DNA of 61,717 nt from Octopus bimaculoides (GCF_001194135.2 NC_068984.1:52372701-52434417); one strand, 5' to 3'. Numbered from the stretch's first letter, positions 12,832 through 26,279 are shown. Translations and numbers: made by a program. The notes: generated by a model not told the origin, from the letters alone.

Positions 12832-13915
12832 ATCATCATCATCATCATCATCATCGTTTAACGTCCGCTTTCCATGCTAGCATGGGTTGGACGATTTGAC
12901 TGAGGACTGGTGAAACCGGATGGCAACACCAGGCTCCAGTCTGATTTGGCAGAGTTTCTACAGCTGGATGCCCTTCCTAACGCCAACCACTCAGAGAGTG
13001 TAGTGGGTGCTTTTACGTGTCACCCGCACGAAAACGGCCACGCTCGAAATGGTGTCTTTTATGTGCCACCCGCACAAGCCAGTCCAGGGGCACTGGCAAC
13101 GATCTCGCTCGAAAATCCTACAGGAGCCAGTCAGGCGGTACTGGCAACGGCCACGCTCAAAATGGTGCATCTCATGTGCCACCCGCACAAGAACCAGTCC
13201 AGGGGCACTNNNNNNNNNNNNNNNNNNNNNNNNNNNNNNNNNNNNNNNNNNNNNNNNNNNNNNNNNNNNNNNNNNNNNNNNNNNNNNNNNNNNNNNNNNN
13301 NNNNNNNNNNNNNNNNNNNNNNNNNNNNNNNNNNNNNNNNNNNNNNNNNNNNNNNNNNNNNNNNNNNNNNNNNNNNNNNNNNNNNNNNNNNNNNNNNNNN
13401 NNNNNNNNNNNNNNNNNNNNNNNNNNNNNNNNNNNNNNNNNNNNNNNNNNNNNNNNNNNNNNNNNNNNNNNNNNNNNNNNNNNNNNNNNNNNNNNNNNNN
13501 NNNNNNNNNNNNNNNNNNNNNNNNNNNNNNNNNNNNNNNNNNNNNNNNNNNNNNNNNNNNNNNNNNNNNNNNNNNNNCACCTCAGCCCAGGTCTTCCTGG
13601 GCCTACCTCTTCCACGGGTTCCCTCAACTGTTAGGGTGTGGCACTTTTTCACGCAGCTATCCTCCTCCATTCTCACCACATGTCCATACCAGCGCAATCG
13701 TCTCTCTTGCATGCCACAACTGATGCTTCTAATGTTCAGCTTTTCTCTCAAGATACTTACACTCTGACGGGTATTCACATTGACATTACACATCCAACGG
13801 AGCATACTGGCTTCATTCCTTGCGAGCTTACGTATGTCCTCAGCAGTTACAGCCCATGTTTCACTGCCATGTAGCATGGTTGTTCGTACGCATGCGTCAT
13901 ACAGTCTGCCTTTTA
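12832..13915 (-). mobile_element. Young 5'-truncated RTE LINE (spans N gap 13210-13577)
   Basis: C-terminal RT-adjacent peptide LHGSETWAVTAEDIRKLARNEASMLRWMC...RLRWYGHVVRM...GTRGRGRPRKTWAEV (13578-13877), plus 3' UTR and (GAT)n tail. Confidence 0.9.
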
Positions 13916-13942
13916 CTCTATATATTATATAACATTATTTTG

Positions 13943-14190
13943 TATCTTTTACTTGTTTCAGTCGTTCAACTGCAGCCATGCTGAGGCACTGCCTTGAAGG
14001 GTTTAGTTAAACAAATCAACCCCAATACTTATTTTGTAAGCCTGGTACTTATTCTATTGATTTCTTTTGCTGAACTGCTAAGTTATGTGTACTTAAACAA
14101 ACCAACACCAGTTGTGCAGGGTAGTGGTGCAAACAAAAATGCACAAACACACACATATATGTATGTATATGTATATATCAATACATACAC
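13943..14190 (-). mobile_element. SINE family A, 3' half
   Basis: TTTTACTTGTTTCAGTCGTTCAACTGCAGCCATGCTG...GCTAAGTTATG...CAAACA then microsatellite. Confidence 0.7.
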
Positions 14191-14199
14191 ACATACACA

Positions 14200-14345
14200 T
14201 ATATACATGGGAACCTGTGAAAGAGGCAGACCCAGGAAGACATGGGATGAAAGCACAACCTTCAAACGTCAGGCCTAATAGAGGCAATCACCGGTGATCG
14301 AGACCTTTGGAGGTATGCTATGCTTCAGAAGACCTGGCATGATCT
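14200..14345 (+). mobile_element. RTE LINE C-terminal fragment
   Basis: GTCERGRPRKTWDE. Confidence 0.7.
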
Positions 14346-14412
14346 TTAAAATTCAGAAGACCCTGCCTGATCTTTAAAATTCCATGTGCTACATATTATT
14401 ATGTTGTTGTTT

Positions 14413-14632
14413 GAAGGCAACAAGCTGTTAGAATCGTTAGCATGCAGGACAGAATGCTTAGTGGTATTTCGCCCTTCGCTACATTCTGAGTTTGAATTCC
14501 GCCAGGGTCGACTTTGCCTCCATCCTTTCAAAGTCAATAAATTAAGTACCAGTGGAACACTGGAGGAGATGTAATCGTCTAGTCCCCTCCCACAAATTTC
14601 AGGCCTTGTACCTATAGTAGAAAGGATTATTA
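14413..14632 (+). mobile_element. SINE family B
   Basis: GAATCGTTAGCATGC...TTCTGAGTTTGAATTCCGCCAGGGTCGACTTTGCC...AAGTACCAG. Confidence 0.8.
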
Positions 14633-14964
14633 TGTTGTTGTTTGGATCTAGTTCAAACCTGAATGAACAGATTCTTTCATCAAAACATTCCAGTTATGAC
14701 CACCCTATCTTTTTAGAAGAGGAGGGAGGAAGAGGATGGGGTGGTGGTGGAGGAGGAGGAGGAGGAGGTGGTGGTGGTGGAGGNNNNNNNNNNNNNNNNN
14801 NNNNNNNNNNNNNNNNNNNNNNNNNNNNNNNNNNNNNNNNNNNNNNNNNNNNNNNNNNNNNNNNNNNNNNNNNNNNNNNNNNNNNNNNNNNAAGTAATGC
14901 TCAAAATCTTCCCAATTCTGCCAGAATTAGTGAACTTCAGCTTCTGCTGATTCATGTTCAGACA

Positions 14965-15069
14965 CGAGGGTGTGCTGAAAAGTTCCTGGCTTTAAGGGTA
15001 TCGAAAGGGTAGAGCTGTTACTATTTATATGTAAGTGTGTGTGCGTGTGTGTGTGAGAATGTGTGTGCG

Positions 15070-15107
<38 letters not shown>

Positions 15108-15260
15108 AATGTGTGTGTGTAAATATTTGTCCTATCTCCTTGTAAAAGTGCTAAGCAGTGGGACTGACCCCAGAACCATAAGGATGGAAAGCAAATTTCT
15201 TACCATACAGCCATACCCTTTCAATACCCTCAAAGTCAGGAACTTTTCAGCACCCCCTTG
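14965..15260. mobile_element. mariner-derived MITE with nested microsatellite and SINE A head
   Basis: TIRs CGAGGGTGTGCTGAAAAGTTCCTGGCTTT and AAAGTCAGGAACTTTTCAGCACCCCCTTG, followed by TA; sibling at 41415-41598. Confidence 0.75.
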
Positions 15261-15619
15261 TAAAACTACGAGTAGAGTATGTTTTCTTAAGTAATGCAAA
15301 TCTGGGAACAAAGGATTGGAGTAAATGCTTTAATACAGAGTTTGAACATAAAGAGTGAGAACAAACATCACAAAGCACTTTTGCCAATGAACAATTCTAT
15401 CAGCTCACTGTCTTTGGATTCTCTAGTAATATGTGTAACAATGTTATAGTATTATAAAGTATGATAATACAGAAAGCTGTTTTCATTAACATGTGAATTA
15501 GACAACTCATTGTTACACATGCAAACACACTGACAAATATACATAACTACACCTGTAATTTATGATACAGAATTGTTTTTTTGCAATTTGGTATTCTTTT
15601 TTAAATATCCCTCTTCAAC

Positions 15620-15900
15620 TGAGTGATCCTAATCTTGAGGACTCATGGGTGTTAGAGCCAAATAAAAAATTATCCATGCCAGTGCCACATAAAAGTGCCC
15701 ATGCTGGTGCCGTGTAAAAGCACCCAGTATACTCTGTAAAGTGGTTGGTGTTAAGAAGGGCATCCAGCTGTAGAAACCATGCCACAACAGACACATAGCC
15801 TGGGCAGCTCTTCAGCTGGCCAACTCCTGTCAAACTGTCCAACCCATACCAACATGGAAAACAGATGTTAAATTATGATGATGATGATGATGATGATGAT
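15620..15900 (+). mobile_element. Diverged RTE 3' UTR with (GAT)n tail
   Basis: ...GAAGGGCATCCAGCTGTAGAAACC...CAACCCATACCAACATGGAAAACAGATGTTAAATTATGATGATG; further copies at about 16370-16480, 17000-17160, 28660-28825 and 45040-45180. Confidence 0.7.
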
Positions 15901-16764
15901 AATGACAATTGATGGATCCTAGTGTATATACCATGGCTATCATCTTCTCTTAATGGGTGCACAAGGACTGAAATTTTGAGGCAGAGGGTATAGTCAATTA
16001 CATCAACCCCAGTACTCAACTGGTACTTAACGACCCCAAAAGGATGAAAGGCAAATTCAACCTCAGCAGAATTTAAAGATGGATAACTTAATGTTAAATT
16101 AATACAAGGCTATTAAGGTTTGCACAGACCATGACTTCTACTCATAACAAAGGTATCAATACATATAGAGAAAGTGTATACAGGGAGGCAAGTGAGATGT
16201 TAGTGTCTGTTTGAGTGTGAAACCTATAATGTAATTATAGAGAGAGCTGGCATTGATGTTGTTATTGTTGTTACTGGTGTTGTCATCATTGTTATTGGTC
16301 TCAGATAAACCCTGAATTACCAGGCCTATGACCAAAGGTGTATGAGCCATAAATACATCATTGTTTTCATCATCATCATCATCATCATTCAATGTCTGTT
16401 TTCTGTGATTACATGGATCAAATGGTTTGACAAGGTCCAACAAGGCACAAAGCTGAATCCCCACCACTCTTTCTGTATATAGAAACTGCAATTCTTAGCC
16501 TAGAAGAAATTTGGCTATGGGGTTGAGGGAATTGAAGGATTCCAGTGTGGAAATAGTTCTTAGGTTGAAAACTACTTTACCATCATTCATTCCATTTTTG
16601 TTATACAGGATAGGCCAAAATAAGTTCAATATGCTCAAGAATTGTGAAAGCAATGCTTCAATTTTTCTGAAATTGAATAAAATACATAAAATAATGGTGA
16701 ATACACACATACTTGTACATGATGAACAAAATGAATAATAATAATTAATAATAATAATAATAAT

Positions 16765-16975
16765 AATCCTTTCTACTAAAGGCACAAAACCTGAAATTTG
16801 TTGGGAAGGGATTTATCAATTACATCAACACCATTGTTTCACTGGTACTTAATTTATCAACCCCAAAAGGATGAAAGGCAAAGTCAACCTTGATGGAATT
16901 TGAACTCAGAACATAGCAATGGGCGAAATACTGTTAATCATTTTGTCCAGTGTGCTAACGATTCTGCCACCTTAA
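16765..16975 (-). mobile_element. SINE family B
   Basis: Same motifs as 1955-2156; further partial copies at about 15955-16075, 17265-17400, 20140-20320, 45590-45800, 46690-46890 and 56270-56430. Confidence 0.75.
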
Positions 16976-17494
16976 TGCTCACCACCTTAATAATAATATT
17001 AATAATGTAAAGTAATTGGTGCTAGAAAGGGTATCCATCTGTAGAAGCCAAGCCAAATCAGACCGAAACCTGCTACAACTCTCTGGCATACCAACTCTGG
17101 TCAAACTGTCCAACCCATGCCAGCATGGAAAACGGACATCAAAAGATGATGATGATGAAATGAATGAAATATCAAATGTTTTGGTGTGTGACTTTTGGCT
17201 CACCCTGTATTTATTCACTTTGATGTTGATTTTAAAGGATTGCTACTTAATGTTAAATTAATCCTTTCTACAATTTGGGGGTAGGGGGATAGTCAATTAC
17301 ATCAACCCCAGTACTCAACTGGTACTTAATTAATCAACCCCAAAAGGATGAAAGGCAATGTCAACCTTGGCAGAATTTGAACTCGGAACATAAAGAGGGA
17401 AAATTTAATGTTAAAATAATACAAGGCTATTAAGTATCACACAGACTACTGACCACTTTTCTTTATTACCATATAAGAGGGAAAATTAAGATTA

Positions 17495-17724
17495 TCTTTT
17501 GTCATTTACGTGTTTCAGGCATTAGACTGTGGTCATGCTGGAGCACTACCTTAAAGAATTTTAGCCAAACAAATCAACCTCAACACTTATTCTTTTTAAA
17601 GCCTGATACTTACTCTATTGGTCTCTTTTGCCAAACTGCTAAGTTACTGGGACATAAACACACCAATACTGATTGTCAAGCAGTAGTGGGGGCAAACACA
17701 GACACAAACACGCACACAGATACA

Positions 17725-17783
<59 letters not shown>

Positions 17784-17950
17784 AGATGCGATTGCCTTCT
17801 CATAGTTTCTGTCTCTCAAATCCACTCGCAAGGCTTTGCTTGGCCCAAAGCTATAGTAGATGGCACTTGCCCAAGGTTCCACACAGTGAGACTGAACCTG
17901 GAAGCATGTGGGTGAGAAGCAAACTCCTTACCCCACAACCACACCAGTCA
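17495..17950 (-). mobile_element. SINE family A, near full length
   Basis: Head, body, internal (CA)n and tail all present. Confidence 0.8.
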
Positions 17951-18399
17951 ACTATTAGAGAGGGGACACAAAAAAAAAGGGTTTAACAAACACTGATCTA
18001 GAGTTACATCATCAATCATATCTTCCCTTGTTTTGAGATGACGGGTGTTTGATTCAAGGGAGATTTAGCTGTTATTTCTAGCAGGTTAAGCAACCCACAA
18101 TAATGCAGGCTCCCTGCATTAGCAGCTGTAATGACATGCAAAACTGAATATGATTACTATGAAAGTGTTAACATAAATCTAAACAATAGACTGTATTTAA
18201 TCAGCTTAAAATGCTCTTCCTCTTGGAGATCTTCTTCTTCAGTATATTGTAGCTACCTCAAGGTAGATTTTTCTTTCATCTCTTGCATAGAACATGACAA
18301 CATCATACAGACATCAAACAGCGCTTTATATGATACATATAGATGAGAAGAGAGGAGAACAGTTGGGTGTATGTGTTTGTGTAAGACTATAGCATATTT

Positions 18400-18413
18400 G
18401 TGTGTGTGCATGT

Positions 18414-18483
<70 letters not shown>

Positions 18484-18655
18484 CTGTGTGCGTGTGTGTG
18501 TTATGTGTATGCGCAGTATGCAAGTGTGACATGTGTATGTGTTGTATGAGGTGTATGTAAGGTATGTGTGTAAGTGTGTGTGTGTGTGTATCACATGTGA
18601 ATGTGACACATATGCACTCATGAGATATCTGTGTATGAGGTATGTGTATGTAAAG

Positions 18656-18702
<47 letters not shown>

Positions 18703-18865
18703 GTATGTGCATGTGCATGTGTGCATATGAGTGGCATGCAAGTGTGAGATGCATGTATGTGTGAGTATATGCGTGTGTCAGATTGAGAAATATAAATGCG
18801 GTGTGAGAGGCATGTGCTTAGCACGTGTGTGTGGTGTATACATGAAAGGAGGGAACAAGTTTGTA

Positions 18866-18898
<33 letters not shown>

Positions 18899-18900
18899 GT
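18400..18900. repeat. (AT)n and degenerate (GT)/(ATGT) low-complexity block
   Basis: Directly visible. Confidence 0.9.
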
Positions 18901-19221
18901 ACATGAGAGGCATGTGAATGTCAGTGGGAGTTATGTCTACAAGGAATGCATGTATGAAGACTACATGTTGATGTGAAGCATGTGTAGATAAGTATCATTA
19001 GTATGTAAGGCATGTGTCTGTAAAATATGTATGAGACGTGTGTATATTCATGTATGATACACATGCATCTGTGTGTTTCTGAGACGTGTGTGTGTGAATA
19101 TAGTCACTACACCTTTAAGGTTATCTAATCATTGTTAATAAGTACAGAGGAGACTGGTGCATAATATAAAAGAATGCATTTGCAATAGCTTCTATTCGCA
19201 ATAAGAAAGCAAATTTCTTTT

Positions 19222-19595
19222 TAATACAAAGGATTACTGTTTAGATAACAGTATGAAACACACAATACTGTAGTTTAATACTGTATTATCAAAACTCGTC
19301 TTACTAATCTCTGTAATACTATATTTAATATAAAAGATAGGTGTTATTATTATCAGTATGGAACATGTGATACTGTATTCGGTAAAAGATTACTGTTATG
19401 GTGCCAGTATCAGACACATAATGCTATATTTAATGCATTTCTTTTTTAAAGACATGAATTATTCTTGCATGTAATGCTGTGTTTAATGTAAAGTATCGGT
19501 GTTAAGACGCCAGCATGAAACATAGAATAATGTATTTAATACAAAGGATTAGAGTTAAGATGCCAATATCAAACATGTAATGTTGTATTCTAATG
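19222..19595. repeat. Degenerate tandem repeat, about 53-bp unit, about 7 units
   Basis: Units start TAAT(A/G) and end ...TAAT(A/G)CTGTATT, e.g. 19222, 19276, 19326 and 19380. Confidence 0.55.
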
Positions 19596-20329
19596 ACATG
19601 GACATAGTTAAGGTTAATAACAGTAAAAGTTAAAGAGTGTAATGAGTTTAGTTGAGACAGTGATGACATAATTAGCATAAATTGAAATGCTGAGGCTTCA
19701 TTTTGTAGATTAAAAATGGCTGAATGGAATGTAAAGGGTGTGATCTGAGAGACAAGTGACAGCTACTTCTATCTGTTCAAACAACCATACAAAGGCTCTC
19801 AGGAAAAATAGCTCATTTAAAAAGACTGAAAAAGTATTATCTGGTAATTACTTCATAGATTTTCTAAACAAGACAGTTGGAAAACTAGCAACTAACCTAA
19901 GATCAACAGAATAAATTATTGAGTATAGTTATGGATATTGAGATGACTTCTGCATGACTCTTAGGTACCCTTAATGGAGTTAACTCTGCTGTCAAAGGAT
20001 AACTTACTTCTTCCTTCCAATAATCTCTGAGACTCTGAGAAAGCTCATGAGTGCTGTCCTTCATCCCCTCATTAAGAAAAAAAATTAATCTATGTCCAAG
20101 GGGAAATTAAAAGGAAAATATATGATATGATTGTTTCTAATTTAGGTACAGATCCAGTAATTTTGAGGGGAAGGAATTAGAAGATACCATCAACCCCAGT
20201 ACTTGACTGGTACTTTATTTCCTCAATTCCAGAAGGATGAAAAGCAAAGCAGACCCTGACAGGAATTGAATTCAGAACTTAAAGAGCTAGAAGAAATACT
20301 ACAAAGTATTTTTTCAATACTTTTTGCTA

Positions 20330-21000
20330 ATAAATCAATTCAATTCTGTTTCCTAATAAATCAATTCAAAATGTTATGGTTTTGTCAAATTATGGGGTTC
20401 TGCTACAAAAGACCACCAGCAGATATACAAACCTGAATTCTCTATACTTGCTGGAGCTGGTGGAAGGAGCAGTGCTCATAATCTTTGCAGGTTCTTCAAG
20501 ATCACTGAGCTTGATGTCAAATATTGTTGTGTTTTTTATAATGTTGCAGCTGAGTGTACTGAAGCAATTTGAAGTAAAGTGCTTTGTCCAATGACACACT
20601 GCACCTTCTGAACTGGGAATCAAACCTACAAACATTATGATTAAGAAGAGCCTAAGTTGCTTAACCACTAGGTCACATATCTTTACTTTACAAGAGGACA
20701 GCAATTAACCTGAACTAGATGTTGTTTGCAGTAGAATACATTTCACATTTCCATTTTCTTGTTTGCATAAGCACTGCATGAGCTCACCATACAGATTGGT
20801 GTGGGGGTCTATCACTTCATGAGTAGCAGCAGCTGCCTTTGAGGAGGACCAGCAATAGCATCTTGCTACTGCACGAGAAACATCACAGGGCAGTGCCTGC
20901 CTCAGTTCAGACAACAGACTATCATTGTGGCACCTGTGGGCACCTGGACTGCAGAGTCACATTCACTCTCATCAATGAGAACACAGACTTTGTCATTATT
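20330..21000 (+). pseudogene. Old RTE (BovB-like) LINE C-terminal remnant
   Basis: AAAFEEDQQ*HLATARE followed, frameshifted, by HHRAVPASVQTTDYHCGTCG. This resembles RTE C-termini (GAAxFEExR...CxxC). An endonuclease-like remnant may lie at about 19710-20060. Confidence 0.6.
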
Positions 21001-22348
21001 GGACACTGATGGATTACCAACATATTTCACACTAAAGATACTGTAAAGTTAGTTTTTTTCTGTTTTCCAGGCAAAATTTAAAATTTTGTTATCTTAATAA
21101 CAGAAAGGATAACCATCTAAGTGATTTGCTAGACTTTTTTCTGAGCCAGTGAGGGCTTCTTGAAAAAGTATCTGAATCTCCCTCATATTGCACTGTACCA
21201 TCTTGAAAAATAAAGGTGGACATACTAATTAATACTTAGATGAGCTTTCTCCAAAGAAGAGATGGGATGGTCATGCATCTACTAAATCAATGCTGACTTC
21301 AAATCAAACAATAACAACATGATTTGCTCAACTATTTTTATAAAATTATATACATACCTATAGCCAACACACTTTTATCAGTGCCCTTCTGTTATTATAG
21401 GAATTACTGGTACTTAAGTAACTCTTGCAGATGTTTACTCAGTAATGGAGATTTCATTCCAAGTAAGCTTTAATACTGAAGAAATTTTCTCTGCATAATT
21501 ATTGACCAAACAAACAGGAAACCAGTCTAGACTTAATGCGGTATTAGGTGTAATGGATTTCCTTACACTTATTCAAAGAAATCAATGTCAAGAAAATATA
21601 GTTTATTTTTCAGTTGTTGCAAAGAAAAGAACAATTCTTCACCATTTATTTTATGAATTTTCTTTTGGACAGGAAAAACAATAACCAAATGGCAAAGTTC
21701 TTGTGAAACCAAACAACTGAAGACAATTATGTTTGTAAAGTACAAAAAGAAATATGAATTATATACAAACAAGTATCAGTGGTACATTCTGCAAGATTCT
21801 TTTATGGAAGAATACTTTCTTATTTTACTGAAATAACAAAAGGTGACATGAACGTGTATACACATGCGCACGCGTGCACACACGCACGCGCACACACACA
21901 CACATGCATGCACAACCTGCCTTTGGCATTTTTTAAGAGCAACCACTCTTAAATTACATTTCAGTTTATTTCATATGCTATGGACAAACATGTAACTTTA
22001 CTGCATGTTTTGGAAAAAAACGACTTGAAAGGCTACCAATATAACAACTCAGTAAGCTATATATTTATGATAATTAGCACTAAACCTTTACAGTAGAGAC
22101 ATTAACTCAAACTTGATACCTTAGCAATGTTGTATTAATACACATTTAGTATGAGCAAACTTGTTTATCATACTGGAAGTGTTTATTTCCTGATGGCTAA
22201 AATTAATGTCCAGTTCATTAACAGCAAAGCTACTCATTCTGCTTCAACCTTTATATATATATATAGAGAGATAATGTGGCAGATGTGCAGAAACATTAAA
22301 CACTTTGGACACATGGAATTAGATATTCTCAAATATTCAGAAAGACTC

Positions 22349-23270
22349 CCTAGAGGTAGATAGTTTCTGGTATCTAGGTGACCAAATTAGCAGTGAAGGG
22401 TGATGCTCTGAAAGTATAGTTGCTAGAATAAGAATAGGTTGGAGAAAGTTCAGAGAGCTTTTACCTCTGTTGGCAACTAAAGGTCTCTCTCTCTCTCTCT
22501 CTCTCTCAGAAAAGAAGATTGTATGAGGCTTGTGTATGAATGATTTATGCTCCGTGAATGGCTCAGTGATTAGAGCATCGGGCTCATAATCATGAGGTAG
22601 TGAGTTCGATTCCTGGATCAGGCTGTGTTGTGTTCTTGAGCAAGACACTTTATTTCATGTTGTTCCAGTTCATTCAGCTGTAGAAATGAGTTGCAAAGTC
22701 ACTAGTACTAAACTTGTATCAGCCTTTGTCTTTTCCTTGGATAATATCAGTGACATGGAGAGGGGAGGCTTGTATAGATGGGTGACTGCTGGTCTTCTAT
22801 AAACAGCCTTGCCCAGACATGTGCCTCCAAGGGTAACTTTCTAGGTGCAATCCCATGGTCATTCATGACCGAAGGGAGTCTTTACTCTTTTACCCTAGTG
22901 AAACATGGGCCCTGAATGCAGAGGACATGTGTTGACTAGAGAGAAATGAAGCTTGTATGCTCTGATGGATGTGCCATGTCAGTGTGCATGTATGAAAAAG
23001 TATGAATGTGTTGAGAAAAAAAATTAAGCATAATAGGAATCTACTGTAGCATTCAAGAGAGAAGACTTTGATGGTTAGGACATGTGATGCATATGAATGA
23101 GGACAGATGTATAAAGAAGTGCTGATCACTTAAAATGGAAGGAACCTGTAGAAGAGGAACCTTGGGATGAAGTAGTAAGGGCTGACCTCAAAATGTTGAT
23201 CCTCACACGGGAGATGACAATGGATTGCAATGTCTGGCAGTATGAGGTTCTTGAGAAGACTCACCCACCT
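22349..23270 (+). mobile_element. Degenerate RTE LINE interrupted by a SINE
   Basis: LEVDSFWYLGDQISSEG*CSESIVARIRIGWRKFRELLPLLATKGLSL (22349-22495), then after the insert SETWALNAEDMC*LERNEACML*WMC...WLGHVMHMNEDRCIKKC...TWDEVVRADL. Confidence 0.85.
22555..22890 (+). mobile_element. tRNA-derived SINE (family C variant) nested in RTE
   Basis: TGGCTCAGTGATTAG (A box), GAGTTCGATTCC (B box), TTGAGCAAGACACTTTATTTCA body, tail ending TTTACTCTTTTA. Confidence 0.85.
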
Positions 23271-23729
23271 TAGTGAAACTGAGTTCTGGAAGCATTGTGT
23301 ATTATGCGCTCTTCCCCCACACATTACGTTAATTCACCCCCACTTGTAAATGAACCAAACTATATCTTACTATGCACTACGCTTGCCTCTCCCAATCCAT
23401 GCTCCTTTAGACCTACGCTGTTTTGTCACCTCTCTCTTTCCTTCCCCCTCGCCCACTAAATGTATAATTGCTGTCCTGCTTCTCTCCTATATACCTATAT
23501 TCACCATGCATAGCATTCCTCTTCTCCTTTCCTCTCCCCTATTCTCCTTTTGCACTTTCATGAACTCCTTGCTCACCTAATATGTCCAATCCTCTGTACC
23601 ATTCCACTTAAATTCTTCTCTTTGTACCTTGAAACTATGCCCAGGCACATCTTCAACACCACATGCGCAGGTTGCCAACACTACTATTTCCCCACGTGCG
23701 GTTAACACAACCCCACTATTTACTGACTT

Positions 23730-23788
<59 letters not shown>

Positions 23789-23801
23789 ACACACACACAC
23801 A

Positions 23802-24675
23802 CAGAGGGTGCAGTGAATAAATTGTTATCTAAACTATGCAAAAGCGAAAATAATACTGGCATCTCGTTTAACAGATATATTTATCAAAATTGAGTTAAAA
23901 TATCTTGAAATGCCAAACAGTAAATTTATTCAATAAAATCGCCATTGGCCTCAATCACATCCTCCAAACAACTTTGAAATCTCCTGCAACTCTTCTGGAC
24001 GGTCTCCTTGTTTAAGCTGATGAATGCTACCATAATCTTTGCCTTCAGTTCATCTTTGGTGTTGCAAGGAGTTTTGTTGGTCTCTTGCTCAACTGCACCC
24101 CACACATAATAATCAAGGAGGTTGGAGTTTGGGGAGTTAGGTAGCCAGATGTTGGGGGTGATGTGGTAGCAGAAATTGTCTGACAGCTACAACTGGGTTC
24201 TCCTGCTTGTGTGGCATGGGGCAGAGTCCTGTTGCCAGACATAGGGTCTTCCAGCAGCCACTCTCTTGAGCCAGAGCAGCACTACCTCCTCCAGGCACTT
24301 GATGTAGGCCTCCATGTTGAGCCTGAGGCTGTGTGAGAAGATGAATGAAGGCATAACATCGCCATCACTAGTGATCCCTCCAAATACCATGACATTGACT
24401 GGATGTTTGATTTTTATCACTCTCGGTACATGTCCTCAGATTGACACCCAAATACCCTGAAATGTTCATAGTTGAACTTCTGGCACAAATACCAAGCAGT
24501 ACAGCATGTCATTTCCAATTTTCTGGCAGAGGGAATTGCATCATGGGGCTGTTTTTCTCACAGATGGTGCCCAACTGACCCTACAACACTGTGTAGTTGA
24601 CAAAATCAAAAACAAACAATGCACATGCATGAAATTAAAAATATAAAATGGTGACAATTTACCCATCACACCCTG
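23802..24675 (-). mobile_element. Tc1/mariner element, DD37D (maT-like), defective
   Basis: KHPVNVMVFGGITSDG...WQQDSAPCHTSRRTQL*LSDNFCYHITPNIWLPNSPNSNLLDYYVWG, with 37 residues between the last two D. Ends CAGAGGGTG and CACCCTG-TA; in-frame stop present. Confidence 0.85.
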
Positions 24676-24963
24676 TATATATGTTGTTAGCTCTGAAAAT
24701 TGCTATTTACTACAGCTGTATAGCTATAAAAATCAAATGAGACTATGACTTTATTTCTATGTATGGAAAAAAACAAGATTCCAGATAGCTATTTATTTTA
24801 TCAAGTAGAAAAACTGAAACTTCATAGAATCTTGATTCATATCAACACAAGCAGTAACATTGTGTCTTGCTGAACTGCTGAAGATCTTTTCTCAGACTTT
24901 TTCTTCAACAAATTTTTATGATACATTGCAAAAAGTTCTGAAGATATTGTCTGATGGAACTTT

Positions 24964-25218
24964 CGAAAAGGATCAAAAGTCCTTCCTGAGACATAGGCTC
25001 ATAACGCCAGCTTTCCAAATTCAGTGGTGTATGTAGTTCCCACTGGCAGGATTATGGTCTGTCACAGAGGATTATTCCTCTTTGGCAGCTGAGAGAATTG
25101 GGGCAATGTGAAATGAAGTCTTTTGCTCAAAGGTACAACACATTTCTCAGTCCAAGAATCAAAACTGCAATCTTACAGTCATTAGTGCAACACCCAATCA
25201 CTAAACCATGTGCCTCCG
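24964..25218 (-). mobile_element. SINE family C variant with 12-bp TSD
   Basis: TSD TGATGGAACTTT at 24952-24963 and 25219-25230; head GGCACATGGTTTAGTGATTGGG. Confidence 0.7.
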
Positions 25219-25559
25219 TGATGGAACTTTAATAGACAAATAAATCAGAATGTGCTGCTCAGATTCTTGTAAGCTGTCAGATATTCTTACAAAGCAGAAA
25301 CCAAACCTTCTACAATGAAAAGCAAATGCTCAGCTTTAAATATCTAATAAGTAGTTCCAGTTTCAATAAAAGTGTCTGTAATATTAGAACAGAACCTGTA
25401 AGAGAGGAGTATTCAGGTGATATATCAGTCTGCAGCCAAGAGAATATCTGACAACCTTACCTCCAAAAATAACTTCACAGACACTATCCATTGTATTATT
25501 TTACAAAGGTTAGCAAGCATGTTGTACTTCATGTGTATTTTAGTCTCTTTTTACCATAC

Positions 25560-25970
25560 TTTTATCTTTTATCTGTTTCAGTCATTAGACTGCGACCATG
25601 CTGGGGCACCACCTTGAAGAACTTTTAGTTGAACGAATCAGCCCCAGTACTTTCTTTTTTTTTTTAAGTCTTGTATTTATTTTATCGGAATCTTTTACCA
25701 AACCACTAAGTTATTAGGACATAAATACAACAGCACCAGTTGTCAAGTGGGGGAGCAGGGAGGCAAACACAGACACAAAGGTACACATACATACACACAT
25801 GCATATGATAGGCTTCTCTCAGTTTCCATCTACCAAATCTACTCAGAAGGCTTTGGTCAGCCTGGGGCTACAGTAGAAGACATTTGCCCATGGTACTACA
25901 TAGAAGAACTGAACCTGGAACCATGTGGTTAGGAAGCAAGCTTCTTACTATACAGAGACACCTGCACCTA
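25560..25970 (-). mobile_element. SINE family A
   Basis: Same layout with a short internal tract. Confidence 0.8.
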
Positions 25971-26279
25971 CTTATCTATTTTTCTTATGAAGTATGTTTG
26001 ATTAAAATTGAAATCAATTGCAGATCCAAAATTTCCCAAATTATGAACAATTTAAGGATATTTCCAAAACCAAAAGTTCTGTATGCAAACCATTTTTCTG
26101 AAAACTATAATTAAGGTTTCTTAATTATACTTAATTATTAATTTTCATCTCATAAGAAGACATTTAGATGGATACATTCAAATTACTAATTACTATATAA
26201 ACTGCAATTATAATGCAGGAACACATTAATGTCAAAACTGCCAGAATTCTTCATTACAAATAATAATAATAATAACAAC

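Noticed and set aside
19222-19595. Repeat-spacer appearance suggesting a CRISPR array
   Set aside because: Eukaryotic context, highly degenerate repeats, spacers related to each other and no cas genes.
20011-20070. Possible 60-nt minus-strand exon (GMKDSTHELSQSLRDYWKEE)
   Set aside because: The acceptor is GAG, and the region is probably part of the old plus-strand RTE remnant.
20390-20914. Two in-frame minus-strand ORFs (69 + 104 aa) that look protein-like
   Set aside because: The plus strand carries RTE C-terminal motifs, so these are best explained as antisense to a LINE remnant.
22555-22630. tRNA-like A/B boxes (also heads at 36183, 36338, 60143)
   Set aside because: No complete cloverleaf, and each is followed by a SINE body, so they are not tRNA genes.
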